Of a DNA stretch of 64,000 nucleotides, positions 38,984 to 47,596 are shown piece by piece. Under the pieces are notes generated by a model. It was not told the DNA's origin and made no database searches. It was given only the letters and a program-made list of their open reading frames with translations. The translations under genes were made by a program, and so were the position numbers. This stretch comes from an uncultured Bacteroidales bacterium (GTDB lineage: Bacteria; Bacteroidota; Bacteroidia; Bacteroidales; VadinHA17): positions 543,431-607,430 of the forward strand of contig CAVSZC010000005.1 in assembly GCA_963732365.1 (NCBI GenBank), given 5' to 3'. Every line of letters begins with the position of its first letter. The first letter of the stretch is position 1.

Positions 38984-41017
38984 CTATTTTACAGGGCTTC
39001 CGTTTTTTACAGGCACCTCAGGAACCACAAAGGTCATTTTACCATCAGCATCTTCTGCGAGCAATACCATTCCCTTTGATTCGATGCCCTTTATTGTCCT
39101 GGGGGCCAGGTTCATTATAACTGATATGCGGCGGCCGGGGAGCTCTTCTGCAGCAAAATGCTCGGCTATGCCCGAAACGATGGTGCGTATGTCAAGGCCT
39201 GTGTCTACCTTTAGTTTTATCAGTTTTGTCGTCTTTGCCACTTTCTCTGCCTCAAGTATGGTAGCAGTACGTATATCCATGCGTGAAAAATCCTCAAAGC
39301 TTACATCATCCTTCTGAGGAAGGGGTGCAGCACCTGTCTCTTCATTTGCCATCCGGGTGTCATGAAGTTTTTTTATCTGCTTTTCTATCTCTCCGTCTTC
39401 AACCTTGCTGAACATAAGCTCACCTGACGAGACTATATGCCCAGGTTTCATCAGGTTGTCCGCGCCGGCATCATCCCAGTGAAGGGTTGTTATGTTGAGC
39501 CAGCCCCTGAGGGTATCCATCGAGAAGGGGAGGAACGGTTCAAGTATTATTGCCAGGTTAGCCGTTATCTGAAGGGAGATATACATGATTGTTCGTACAC
39601 GGTCAGGATCTGTTTTTATGACCTTCCATGGTTCAGTATCAGCCAGGTATTTATTGCCCAGACGGGCCAGGTTCATTGCCTCAGCCAGCGCCTGCCTGAA
39701 CCGGAAGGATTCGAGGTTGCTCTCAACACCCGACTTGCAAGTGGAAATTGAGTCAAGTGTCGCACGGTCATATTCATTTATCTCTGCCGGGGCAGGGACC
39801 TCACCCTTATAGTAGTTGCGTGTCAGTACCAGGGTGCGGTTGATAAAGTTGCCGAGAATGGCAACGAGCTCATTATTGTTTCTCGCCTGGAATTCTTTCC
39901 AGGTGAAGTCATTGTCTTTTGTCTCCGGAGCGCTTGCACACAGGGCATAGCGAAGCGAATCCTGCTTCCCGGGGAAATCAATCAGGTATTCGTGAAGCCA
40001 TACCGCCCAGTTTCTTGAGGTTGAGATCTTCTCATTCTCGAGGTTAAGAAACTCATTGGCGGGCACATTGTCAGGCAGTATATAACTACCTTCTGCCTTC
40101 AGCATCGCCGGGAAAATTATACAGTGAAATACGATGTTATCCTTTCCGATGAAGTGTATCATTCTTGATTCAGGGTCCTTCCAGTATTTCTCCCAGTCAG
40201 GTGTCAGCTCCTTTGTTGCGGAGATGTAGCCTATGGGTGCATCAAACCACACATACAGTACCTTGCCGTTGGCGCCGTCGACGGGAACAGGCACACCCCA
40301 GTCGAGGTCGCGGCTCACGGCCCTGGGCTGAAGGCCCTGGTCAAGCCATGACTTGCACTGCCCGTAGACATTTGTCTTCCACTCAGTATGATCTTCAAGA
40401 ATCCATTTTCTGATCCACGGCTCATACCTGTCAAGGGGCAGGTACCAGTGCAGCGTCTCCCTCATCACCGGAGCGCTTCCGCTTATTGTTGAACGGGGGT
40501 TTTTAAGGTCTGTGGGGCTGAGTGATGTTCCGCATTTCTCGCACTGGTCACCGTATGCATTCTCATTGCCGCAATGCGGACAGATGCCTGTGATATACCT
40601 GTCAGCAAGGAAGCATCCTGCCTCTTCATCATAATACTGGTTGGTGCTCTTTTCAATGAATTCCCCCTGCTCATAGAGTTTGCGGAAGAACTGGCTGGCC
40701 GTCTCGTAGTGTATTTTGTTTGAAGTCCGTGAATATATGTCAAAGGATATTCCAAAGTCACTGAAAGCCTTTTTATTCAGCTCATGGTATCTGTCTACAA
40801 CCTCCTGCGGAGTAATGCCTTCCTTCCTCGCTTTCAGTGTTATGGGAACGCCATGCTCATCAGACCCGCAGATTGAGATAACGTCGGCTCCCCTCATCCT
40901 GAGATATCGGGTATAGATGTCTGACGGAACATAGACACCGGCGAGATGTCCGATATGTATCGGACCATTTGCATAGGGAAGTGCTGATGTGATAAGGTGG
41001 CGTTTGAACTTCTTCAT
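38984..41017 (-). CDS. metG: methionine--tRNA ligase with a C-terminal tRNA-binding (EMAP/Trbp111-like) domain
   Basis: HIGH motif ([14 protein letters not shown]), zinc knuckle [23 protein letters not shown]-equivalent KISTSRN, C-terminal OB-fold domain. Confidence 0.95.
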   Translation of the reverse strand: MKKFKRHLITSALPYANGPIHIGHLAGVYVPSDIYTRYLRMRGADVISICGSDEHGVPITLKARKEGITPQEVVDRYHELNKKAFSDFGISFDIYSRTSNKIHYETASQFFRKLYEQGEFIEKSTNQYYDEEAGCFLADRYITGICPHCGNENAYGDQCEKCGTSLSPTDLKNPRSTISGSAPVMRETLHWYLPLDRYEPWIRKWILEDHTEWKTNVYGQCKSWLDQGLQPRAVSRDLDWGVPVPVDGANGKVLYVWFDAPIGYISATKELTPDWEKYWKDPESRMIHFIGKDNIVFHCIIFPAMLKAEGSYILPDNVPANEFLNLENEKISTSRNWAVWLHEYLIDFPGKQDSLRYALCASAPETKDNDFTWKEFQARNNNELVAILGNFINRTLVLTRNYYKGEVPAPAEINEYDRATLDSISTCKSGVESNLESFRFRQALAEAMNLARLGNKYLADTEPWKVIKTDPDRVRTIMYISLQITANLAIILEPFLPFSMDTLRGWLNITTLHWDDAGADNLMKPGHIVSSGELMFSKVEDGEIEKQIKKLHDTRMANEETGAAPLPQKDDVSFEDFSRMDIRTATILEAEKVAKTTKLIKLKVDTGLDIRTIVSGIAEHFAAEELPGRRISVIMNLAPRTIKGIESKGMVLLAEDADGKMTFVVPEVPVKNGSPVK

Positions 41018-41087
41018 CTGTCAACGGAAAGGGTTTGTCAATAGTAACCCGGCAAAGATAATGAATTTCGCAGACGCTGTTCGTGAC

Positions 41088-41987
41088 CTATGCCTCCTGA
41101 CCGAAGGCCGTGAGCACCTGCTGCATATAGGTGCGCGATACGGGAACTGATTCGGGGGGTGTACAGTCAAGCTCAAGCTGCAGGCCATCCTTTTCGCGCC
41201 TGATGAGCTTAACATGTTCAATGTTGACAAGGAAAGAGCGATGGCATCTGATTACTGACTCCTGATGAAGCTCCTCTTCCATCGCCCTGAGTGTGTTTCT
41301 CAGCATGAACTTCATCAGTTTATCGTGCGACTGGTACCAGACAGTGACATAGTTATCGCTTCCCCGGAGATAGAGGATGTCGGATCTCTTGAGTGAAAGG
41401 CGCAGTATACCCCTGTCGTCTCTAAGCGGTATCATCGGTTTTTGCCCTGCCGGTTCAGCCATTTCCGTCATTCCGGCAAGCATCATCTTCTTGTCATGCC
41501 ATGAAAAGTAGAGCCAGAGGACTGAGTAAGGAAGGAGGAGAGTGAGGGAGGTGTTCAGTACAGAGATGTACAGCAGATCAGGAAAACTTCGTCCGTCCTT
41601 CAGGAAGACCTTTTCATAAAAGGTATAAAACAGAGCCATGCTGACAATTTCTGCCGCCACCCACAGGAGGTACTGATAGATCAGCAGTTCCCTGCCCCGC
41701 CTGACGGTGTGGTACATGATGATGCGGCTTATTGCCACAACCAGAATGCCTGTAAGGATCACCCCGCTCGAATAGACAATGAGCACCGGGGTTGAAACCT
41801 CAAACCATGTCTGAACCCCGAAAGGTTTGTAGAGATTTATGAACAGCAGGGCGAATGCTGCAGTAAAGATGATATGCCTGACAATGTTCCCTCTTTCGGT
41901 CAGGTATTTCGGAAGCTTCCTGTTCAGATCGATTTTCATTCTTGCGCCTCTGGCAACAAAAGTAGCATTTTTAACGTCCTTCCCCAT
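41088..41987 (-). CDS. membrane-anchored LytTR-domain DNA-binding protein
   Basis: The N-terminal half holds about 4 TM helices. The C-terminal LytTR domain reads DILYLRGSDNYVTVWY...IRCHRSFLVNIEHV. There is no receiver domain. Confidence 0.75.
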   Translation of the reverse strand: MGKDVKNATFVARGARMKIDLNRKLPKYLTERGNIVRHIIFTAAFALLFINLYKPFGVQTWFEVSTPVLIVYSSGVILTGILVVAISRIIMYHTVRRGRELLIYQYLLWVAAEIVSMALFYTFYEKVFLKDGRSFPDLLYISVLNTSLTLLLPYSVLWLYFSWHDKKMMLAGMTEMAEPAGQKPMIPLRDDRGILRLSLKRSDILYLRGSDNYVTVWYQSHDKLMKFMLRNTLRAMEEELHQESVIRCHRSFLVNIEHVKLIRREKDGLQLELDCTPPESVPVSRTYMQQVLTAFGQEA

Positions 41988-42115
41988 TCCACAGCTCTTC
42001 AGCCAATAAGTAATTCACCCCACCTGGGGATCTTTGGCCCCGTATAACTGGTTTCCAGCCCAGAGCCGGAGGGGGGATACCTTTTTTTTTGATGACGCGC
42101 AGACATTGATTTTGT

Positions 42116-43279
42116 TTGCATAAAAAAATGGGCTACACATTACAGGAACGGGATTATTGTTCATTGTTCAGGGGGAGCATGCCGGAGGGGCTGATTCCCG
42201 GAACAGGCATAAGAGTCGTGAGCGAGGTCTTCAGTTCGGGAAACGGGTATTCATTTCCTGCTGACAGGAACCTGCCGGGAGCGGTGATGAGTTTCTTCCT
42301 CAATGATGGCATGTCACGCACAAACAACAGGTTCAGTTATCACATTCTGATACCTGACGGAGCCGTGGGGAGGGGAGCCATTATCCTGCTTCACGGTCTT
42401 AATGAGCGAAGCTGGAGCAAGTATCTGCAATGGGGTATCAGACTTGCCACGGACAGTGGCAGACCGGTAATATTCTTCCCCATAGCCTTCCATATGAACC
42501 GTTCTCCCCGCAGCTGGTTTGACAGGCACGCGATGATGCCTGCCGTTGCCGCAAGGGCTTCCGAAGAACCCTCTCCCCGCCTGGCATCGTTTGTCAATGT
42601 TGCACTGAGCACCCGCATGTCACTGTCACCGCAGCGGTTCTTTCTTTCCGGATATCAAACCGTATGTGATGTCGCTGATCTTATCGGCATCATCAGGAGA
42701 GGAGAGCATTTCCACGTCAGGGAGGGAGGCACTGTTGACATCTTTGCCTATTCAATAGGAGCCATGCTTGCACAGGTGCTGATGCTCTCGCGCAGCAATA
42801 TGCTTCCTGATGACAGCCGCTGTTTCCTTTTTTGCGGCGGCAGCACCCTCAACACCATGAACGGAACCTCGAGACTCATAATGGACAGCCGGGCCTTTGA
42901 CCGTCTCATAAGTTTCTATATCGACGAGTTTGAAGAGATAAGAAAGACCAGGAGGGACAGGTTTACACGGACTGTGACTGACACATCTGCGGGGGAGGCC
43001 TTTTTTGCCATGAGCTCTCTGCCCCGGATGAGAAGTCTTTACGGCAACCCGTTCATTAAGACGGGCGGCAGGATGAAGGCAGTCACAATAGAAGGAGACC
43101 AGGTCATCCCCACCGCGGCTGTGTCAGCTGCGCTGGAGGGTGCTGACTGTGAGGTCTGGTCCGCTGATTATCCATTCACACATGAGATACCCTTCCCAGT
43201 CAGTGGTGACAGATTCAACTACGCGGTAGACAGAACCTTCGACAGACTCTTTGATACTGCAGCCTCGTTTTTCTCCTGA
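42116..43279 (+). CDS. alpha/beta-hydrolase-fold protein of unknown function
   Basis: TTG start at 42116, with an alternative ATG at 42128. AIILLHGLNERSW resembles an oxyanion-region strand. The nucleophile-elbow-like FAYSIGAMLAQ is an AxSxG variant. Confidence 0.5.
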   Translation: MHKKMGYTLQERDYCSLFRGSMPEGLIPGTGIRVVSEVFSSGNGYSFPADRNLPGAVMSFFLNDGMSRTNNRFSYHILIPDGAVGRGAIILLHGLNERSWSKYLQWGIRLATDSGRPVIFFPIAFHMNRSPRSWFDRHAMMPAVAARASEEPSPRLASFVNVALSTRMSLSPQRFFLSGYQTVCDVADLIGIIRRGEHFHVREGGTVDIFAYSIGAMLAQVLMLSRSNMLPDDSRCFLFCGGSTLNTMNGTSRLIMDSRAFDRLISFYIDEFEEIRKTRRDRFTRTVTDTSAGEAFFAMSSLPRMRSLYGNPFIKTGGRMKAVTIEGDQVIPTAAVSAALEGADCEVWSADYPFTHEIPFPVSGDRFNYAVDRTFDRLFDTAASFFS

Positions 43280-43332
43280 AGCCATCTTCTGTCTGAGGAT
43301 GACAGCCTTTGCAGGGGGTTAAATAAAAAGTG

Positions 43333-43340
43333 TATTTTTG
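43333..43340 (+). promoter_or_regulatory. Bacteroidota-type -7 box (TATTTTTG)
   Basis: TAnnTTTG match 25 nt upstream of the ATG at 43366. Confidence 0.4.
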
Positions 43341-43365
43341 ATCCTGTCATATACAGCATGTCAGG

Positions 43366-44277
43366 ATGAAACAATTAATTATTCCGCCATATCTTGAAAA
43401 AGGTGACCGCATCGCCATTGTCTCTCCGTCGGGTATCATCGAGAAGGAAGTGGTCATGAAGGCAGCGAAGATGCTTGCCGGCGAAGGGTACGATGTTGTG
43501 ATCGGAGATAATGTTTACAATCAAAGCGGATGCTTTGCCGGAACAGACGGGGAACGTCTTCATGATTTCCAGAAGGCGACAGACGATCTCTCTGTGAAGG
43601 CAGTATTCTGTTCCAGGGGCGGCTACGGCATGGCTAGGATCATTGACAGGATTGACTTCACCGGCCTACGGAAGCATCCGAAATGGTATGTCGGATTCAG
43701 TGACATAACCGTTCTGCATCTCTGGCTTAACAAGATATGCGGAGTAGTTTCGCTTCATGCCGAGATGCCCCTCAATTATTCCAATCCGAAAAAAACACCG
43801 GAGAGCTTTACTTCTGTGATGAGGGCCCTCAGGGGAGAGCCGGAAACCATTTCATGGAAGAGCTCCCACGACGCTCACTTTACGGTCGAGGGGCCGGTCA
43901 CCGGAGGCAATCTCTCACTGATATACAGTCTCACCGGAACGCCGGGTGAACCTGACACTGATGGGGCAATACTTTTCATTGAAGAGGTGGGAGAATACTA
44001 TTATCATCTTGACCGTATGCTTACGTCACTGCGTCTTACGGGAAGACTGCGAAATCTGGCTGCTCTTATAGTGGGAGGGATGGAGAAGATTGAACAGGGG
44101 AGCATAAAATACAACAAGAGTGCTGAAGAGATAGTACTGGATATTGTCGGGCATTACAGTTACCCCGTACTTTTCAACTTCCCGTCAGGACACATCAGCG
44201 ACAACCGGGCTGTCTATATGGGACGCAGGGCGAGGGTCGTACAGAAGGGTCTGGAGGCCTCCCTGTCGTGGCTCTGA
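43366..44277 (+). CDS. ldcA: LD-carboxypeptidase (peptidase S66)
   Basis: RGGYG motif, nucleophile-serine motif GFSDITVLH, and C-terminal FPSGH containing the catalytic His. Confidence 0.85.
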   Translation: MKQLIIPPYLEKGDRIAIVSPSGIIEKEVVMKAAKMLAGEGYDVVIGDNVYNQSGCFAGTDGERLHDFQKATDDLSVKAVFCSRGGYGMARIIDRIDFTGLRKHPKWYVGFSDITVLHLWLNKICGVVSLHAEMPLNYSNPKKTPESFTSVMRALRGEPETISWKSSHDAHFTVEGPVTGGNLSLIYSLTGTPGEPDTDGAILFIEEVGEYYYHLDRMLTSLRLTGRLRNLAALIVGGMEKIEQGSIKYNKSAEEIVLDIVGHYSYPVLFNFPSGHISDNRAVYMGRRARVVQKGLEASLSWL

Positions 44278-44280
44278 CTG

Positions 44281-45477
44281 TCAGAAAGCGGCGAGCAGCA
44301 GATTGATATCTTTTGAGAGTATACCGAATTTCTGGCCAAGCATCTCATTGGTCAGTATCCCGTTGTAAACATATACCCCGCTGCGGAGACCGGTATTGAA
44401 TTTCAGCATGGGGGTTATCCCTCCTGCATCTGCTATCTCCTGCATCAGTGGTCTGAAAACGTTGCTCAGTGCTATTGAAGCTGTCTTTGGCACCCTTGAC
44501 GGAAGGTTCCAGGCTGAATAGTGAATCACGCCATGCTTCTCATAGGTCGGATCCTTAATGGCCCTGCACTCGGTTGTTTCCACGCAACCGCCGCTGTCGA
44601 CGCTAAGGTCAATAATGACAGATCCGCGTTTCATTCCCCGGACCATCTCCTCGGTCACAAAGAAGGATGACCTGAGATCGTCTGCTGCCAGGGCCCCGAT
44701 GAGAACATCGGCCGATTTCATTGCCTTCTTCAGTACCTGCGGATGGAATGTTGAAGTGTATAATCTCTGTCCCAGAAGATTCTGGAAATGCCTGAGGCGG
44801 TGCACCGAGCTGTCAAAGACTTTTACGATGGCGCCCAGCCCCAACGCAGCACGTGCGGCATACTCACCTGCAGTATTGGCTCCGATGATCACCACCTCTG
44901 TCGGGGTTACCCCTGTTACGCCTCCGAGCATCACCCCTTTTCCGCCTGAAGTGTTGCTCAGGTATTCAGATGCCAGCAGGATTGACGTTACGCCGCTTAT
45001 CTCACTCATTGTTTCCACAATCGGCAGGACGCCGTCAGTGTCTCTTATCTTCTCGCAGGCCAGGGCTGTTATACGTTTCCGCATCATCATCGACAGGGCC
45101 TCTTCATCCATGGTTGCCGCGTTCATGAACGAGATGACAACCTGGTTGCCCTTGAGCAGGCCGGCCTCCTTCCTGTTGAAAGGGGCGATCTTAACGACCA
45201 TGTCACACTCATACACCTTCTGAGCAGTATCTGCCACCATGGCCCCGTTGTCACTGTAATCACTGTCAGGGAAGCTGGCCCCCAGTCCTGCCGAAGGCTC
45301 AATAAAGACTTCGTTGCCTGCATCCGTCAGTATCCTGACAGCCTCGGGCGTGAGGGCAATACGCTTCTCATTGTCACGTATGTCACGGGGCATTCCTATT
45401 GTCATCTGCCGCCTGCTTACCGTCTTCTCAATCTGCTCTTCCCTCGGCATAAAGGCATTCCTGGACTGTTCACTCAT
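44281..45477 (-). CDS. ald: alanine dehydrogenase / PNT-alpha-family NAD(H) enzyme
   Basis: MTIGMPRDIRDNEKRIALTPEAV N-terminal domain signature and NAD-binding VVIIGANTAGEYAARAA. The start could instead be the internal ATG at 45405. Confidence 0.75.
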   Translation of the reverse strand: MSEQSRNAFMPREEQIEKTVSRRQMTIGMPRDIRDNEKRIALTPEAVRILTDAGNEVFIEPSAGLGASFPDSDYSDNGAMVADTAQKVYECDMVVKIAPFNRKEAGLLKGNQVVISFMNAATMDEEALSMMMRKRITALACEKIRDTDGVLPIVETMSEISGVTSILLASEYLSNTSGGKGVMLGGVTGVTPTEVVIIGANTAGEYAARAALGLGAIVKVFDSSVHRLRHFQNLLGQRLYTSTFHPQVLKKAMKSADVLIGALAADDLRSSFFVTEEMVRGMKRGSVIIDLSVDSGGCVETTECRAIKDPTYEKHGVIHYSAWNLPSRVPKTASIALSNVFRPLMQEIADAGGITPMLKFNTGLRSGVYVYNGILTNEMLGQKFGILSKDINLLLAAF

Positions 45478-45570
45478 CTCTCGGTGTTTTAATTATGTAA
45501 CAGAACTATACCATTCATCAGATCAAAATTAAGATTTTAATCGGAGAGAGAATATGAGTAAGTGGATTAT

Positions 45571-46011
45571 TCAGAGGGAGGTAAGGCCGGAAGGCCGCTG
45601 ATGCTCTTCAATGACCCTTGTGCCGTCAGCCATGACAGTGACAGAAAGTTTCAGTGTTTCAGGAGGCAGAAGAGGTTCAATCAGTTCAGGCCACTCCATG
45701 AAACAGGGGGAGGAGGAGTCAAAATATTCCTCGATGCCAAAATCAAGCACCTCAGAGAGTTTTTTTATCCTGTAGAAGTCAAAATGAAAAACAGGAACAT
45801 CGCCGGGCCTCACATACTCATTGACAAGGGTAAAGGTAGGGCTTGTGACCGTGTCAGTGACACCCATCTCCCTGCAAATGGCTTTGATGATAGTGGTTTT
45901 TCCGGAGCCCATCTGACCGTAAAATGCAAAGATGCGGTTCCCTGCCGTCTCCTCCAGGAACCGCCTTGCCGCTTCCTTAAGCCTGCTTTTGTCTGTTATG
46001 ACGATCTTCAT
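45571..46011 (-). CDS. tsaE: tRNA t6A37 biosynthesis ATPase TsaE
   Basis: The preferred start is MKIVITDKS (ATG at 46011), which gives 146 aa. Walker A GQMGSGKTT and the SPTFTLVNEY motif are present. Confidence 0.9.
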   Translation of the reverse strand: MKIVITDKSRLKEAARRFLEETAGNRIFAFYGQMGSGKTTIIKAICREMGVTDTVTSPTFTLVNEYVRPGDVPVFHFDFYRIKKLSEVLDFGIEEYFDSSSPCFMEWPELIEPLLPPETLKLSVTVMADGTRVIEEHQRPSGLTSL

Positions 46012-46027
46012 GCAGCAAAAATACTTT

Positions 46028-47581
46028 TTATACCGGTTCAAGAACAACGAGGGGGAGCAGCATCTCATGGAGAGATATACCTCCGTGCTGAAGTGAATCA
46101 CGGTAATGGGTCACAATCTGGTTATAGTTCTTCGGATAGACCAGAAAATCACTGGCGTAGGCAAAAATATATCTGGAAGTAATGTTGCTCATCGGCAGCC
46201 CGGCCTTTGCCGGAGAGACTATCTCAAATACCTCCCGGGGATTATAGTCAAGGTTTCTTCCTGTCTTATACCGGAGGTTCATTGACGTCTGCCTGTCTCC
46301 CACAACCTTTACCGGCCTCTGCACTCTGATGGAGCCGTGATCTGTAGTGATTGCAATCCTTGCCCCCTTCGATGACACTGCCCTGAGCAGCTCGAGAAGA
46401 GGTGAGTGAATGAACCATGAATGGGTGAGTGAGAGCCACGAGGCCTCGTCACCGGTCATGTCACGGATAACGTTTATGTCAGTGCGGGCATGACTGAGCA
46501 TGTCCACAAAGTTATATACCAGCACTGTCAGGTCGTTTCCGAGAAGCTGTGTAAGCTTATCATTTATATTCCTTCCTTCTGCCTCGGAAGAGATCTTGTA
46601 ATAGCCCCACCGGCAGTTAATGCCGTAGCGCTGCATTTGCCTCCCGATAAGCTCCTCCTCGAACATGTTCTTCCCCTCTTCTTCATTGTCATTTATCCAG
46701 TATTCAGGTACCGATTCACTTATTGCCGAGGGCATCATTCCTGCAAAAAGAGAATTACGTGAATACTGGGTGGCGGTAGGGAGGATGCTCATATAAAGCT
46801 CATCGCTGACGGTACGCATCACTGATCCGAGGTCCATGGCGATAGTCTGCCACTGGTCCAGGCGCATGTTGTCAATCACTATAAGGAAGAGAGGTGAACC
46901 CTTCTTTATCAGGGGGAAGATACGTTTTGACATCACTGCAGGCGACATCAGAGGCTTTTCTCCGGAAGCAGCCGAGATCCACCCGGTATAGTTTCTGGAT
47001 ACATACTTGCCGAAGGCCCTGTTGGCATCTGTCTCCTGCATCTTAAGAACCTCCCTCATGCCGGTATCTGCAGACCTGATCAGTTCACCCTGCCAGAAGA
47101 CAAGCCTGCGATAGAGATCACACCACTGTTCGAACGTGTCAGCAGAGGATATCATTGCCGCAATTGATCCAAACTCCTCCCTGAAGACCGAGGTGGTCTG
47201 GCGCGATACAATGTCGTCAGTGTCAAGGATCTTTTTAAGGGTAAGCAGTATCTGCTGAGGTCTTACCGGCTTGATAAGATAATCAGCTATCTGTGAACCT
47301 ATTGCGGCGTCCATGATCTCCTCCTCCTCACTCTTTGTTATCATCACGACAGGGATGGACGGGCGGATAGCCTTGATGCGTCTAAGAGTTTCAATGCCAC
47401 TGAGTCCCGGCATATGCTCATCAAGAAAGATGATATCATAGGGTTTCTCCCTGAGCATCCTCAGGGCATCATTTCCCGAAGGACAGGTATCTGTGTCGAA
47501 TCCCTTCTCGGTAAGAAAAAGGATGTGCGGCCTCAGCACTCCGATCTCATCATCAACCCACAATATTCTTACCTGTCTCAT
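46028..47581 (-). CDS. porX: T9SS response regulator PorX (CheY-like receiver plus PglZ/alkaline-phosphatase-like domain)
   Basis: The receiver reads ILWVDDE...IIFLDEHMPGLSG...VVMITK. The C-terminal ~380-aa PglZ-type domain includes VIDNMRLDQW and DMLSH. The 517-aa length matches PorX. Confidence 0.85.
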   Translation of the reverse strand: MRQVRILWVDDEIGVLRPHILFLTEKGFDTDTCPSGNDALRMLREKPYDIIFLDEHMPGLSGIETLRRIKAIRPSIPVVMITKSEEEEIMDAAIGSQIADYLIKPVRPQQILLTLKKILDTDDIVSRQTTSVFREEFGSIAAMISSADTFEQWCDLYRRLVFWQGELIRSADTGMREVLKMQETDANRAFGKYVSRNYTGWISAASGEKPLMSPAVMSKRIFPLIKKGSPLFLIVIDNMRLDQWQTIAMDLGSVMRTVSDELYMSILPTATQYSRNSLFAGMMPSAISESVPEYWINDNEEEGKNMFEEELIGRQMQRYGINCRWGYYKISSEAEGRNINDKLTQLLGNDLTVLVYNFVDMLSHARTDINVIRDMTGDEASWLSLTHSWFIHSPLLELLRAVSSKGARIAITTDHGSIRVQRPVKVVGDRQTSMNLRYKTGRNLDYNPREVFEIVSPAKAGLPMSNITSRYIFAYASDFLVYPKNYNQIVTHYRDSLQHGGISLHEMLLPLVVLEPV

Positions 47582-47596
47582 TTTCTCCGTGCAGGG

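Noticed and set aside
46028-47581. The PglZ domain could indicate a BREX or other phage-defence system.
   Set aside because: The PglZ-type domain is fused to a CheY receiver in a 517-aa protein, which is exactly the PorX architecture. No BREX partners (PglX methyltransferase, BrxC, BrxL and so on) are nearby, and the neighbours are T9SS and housekeeping genes.
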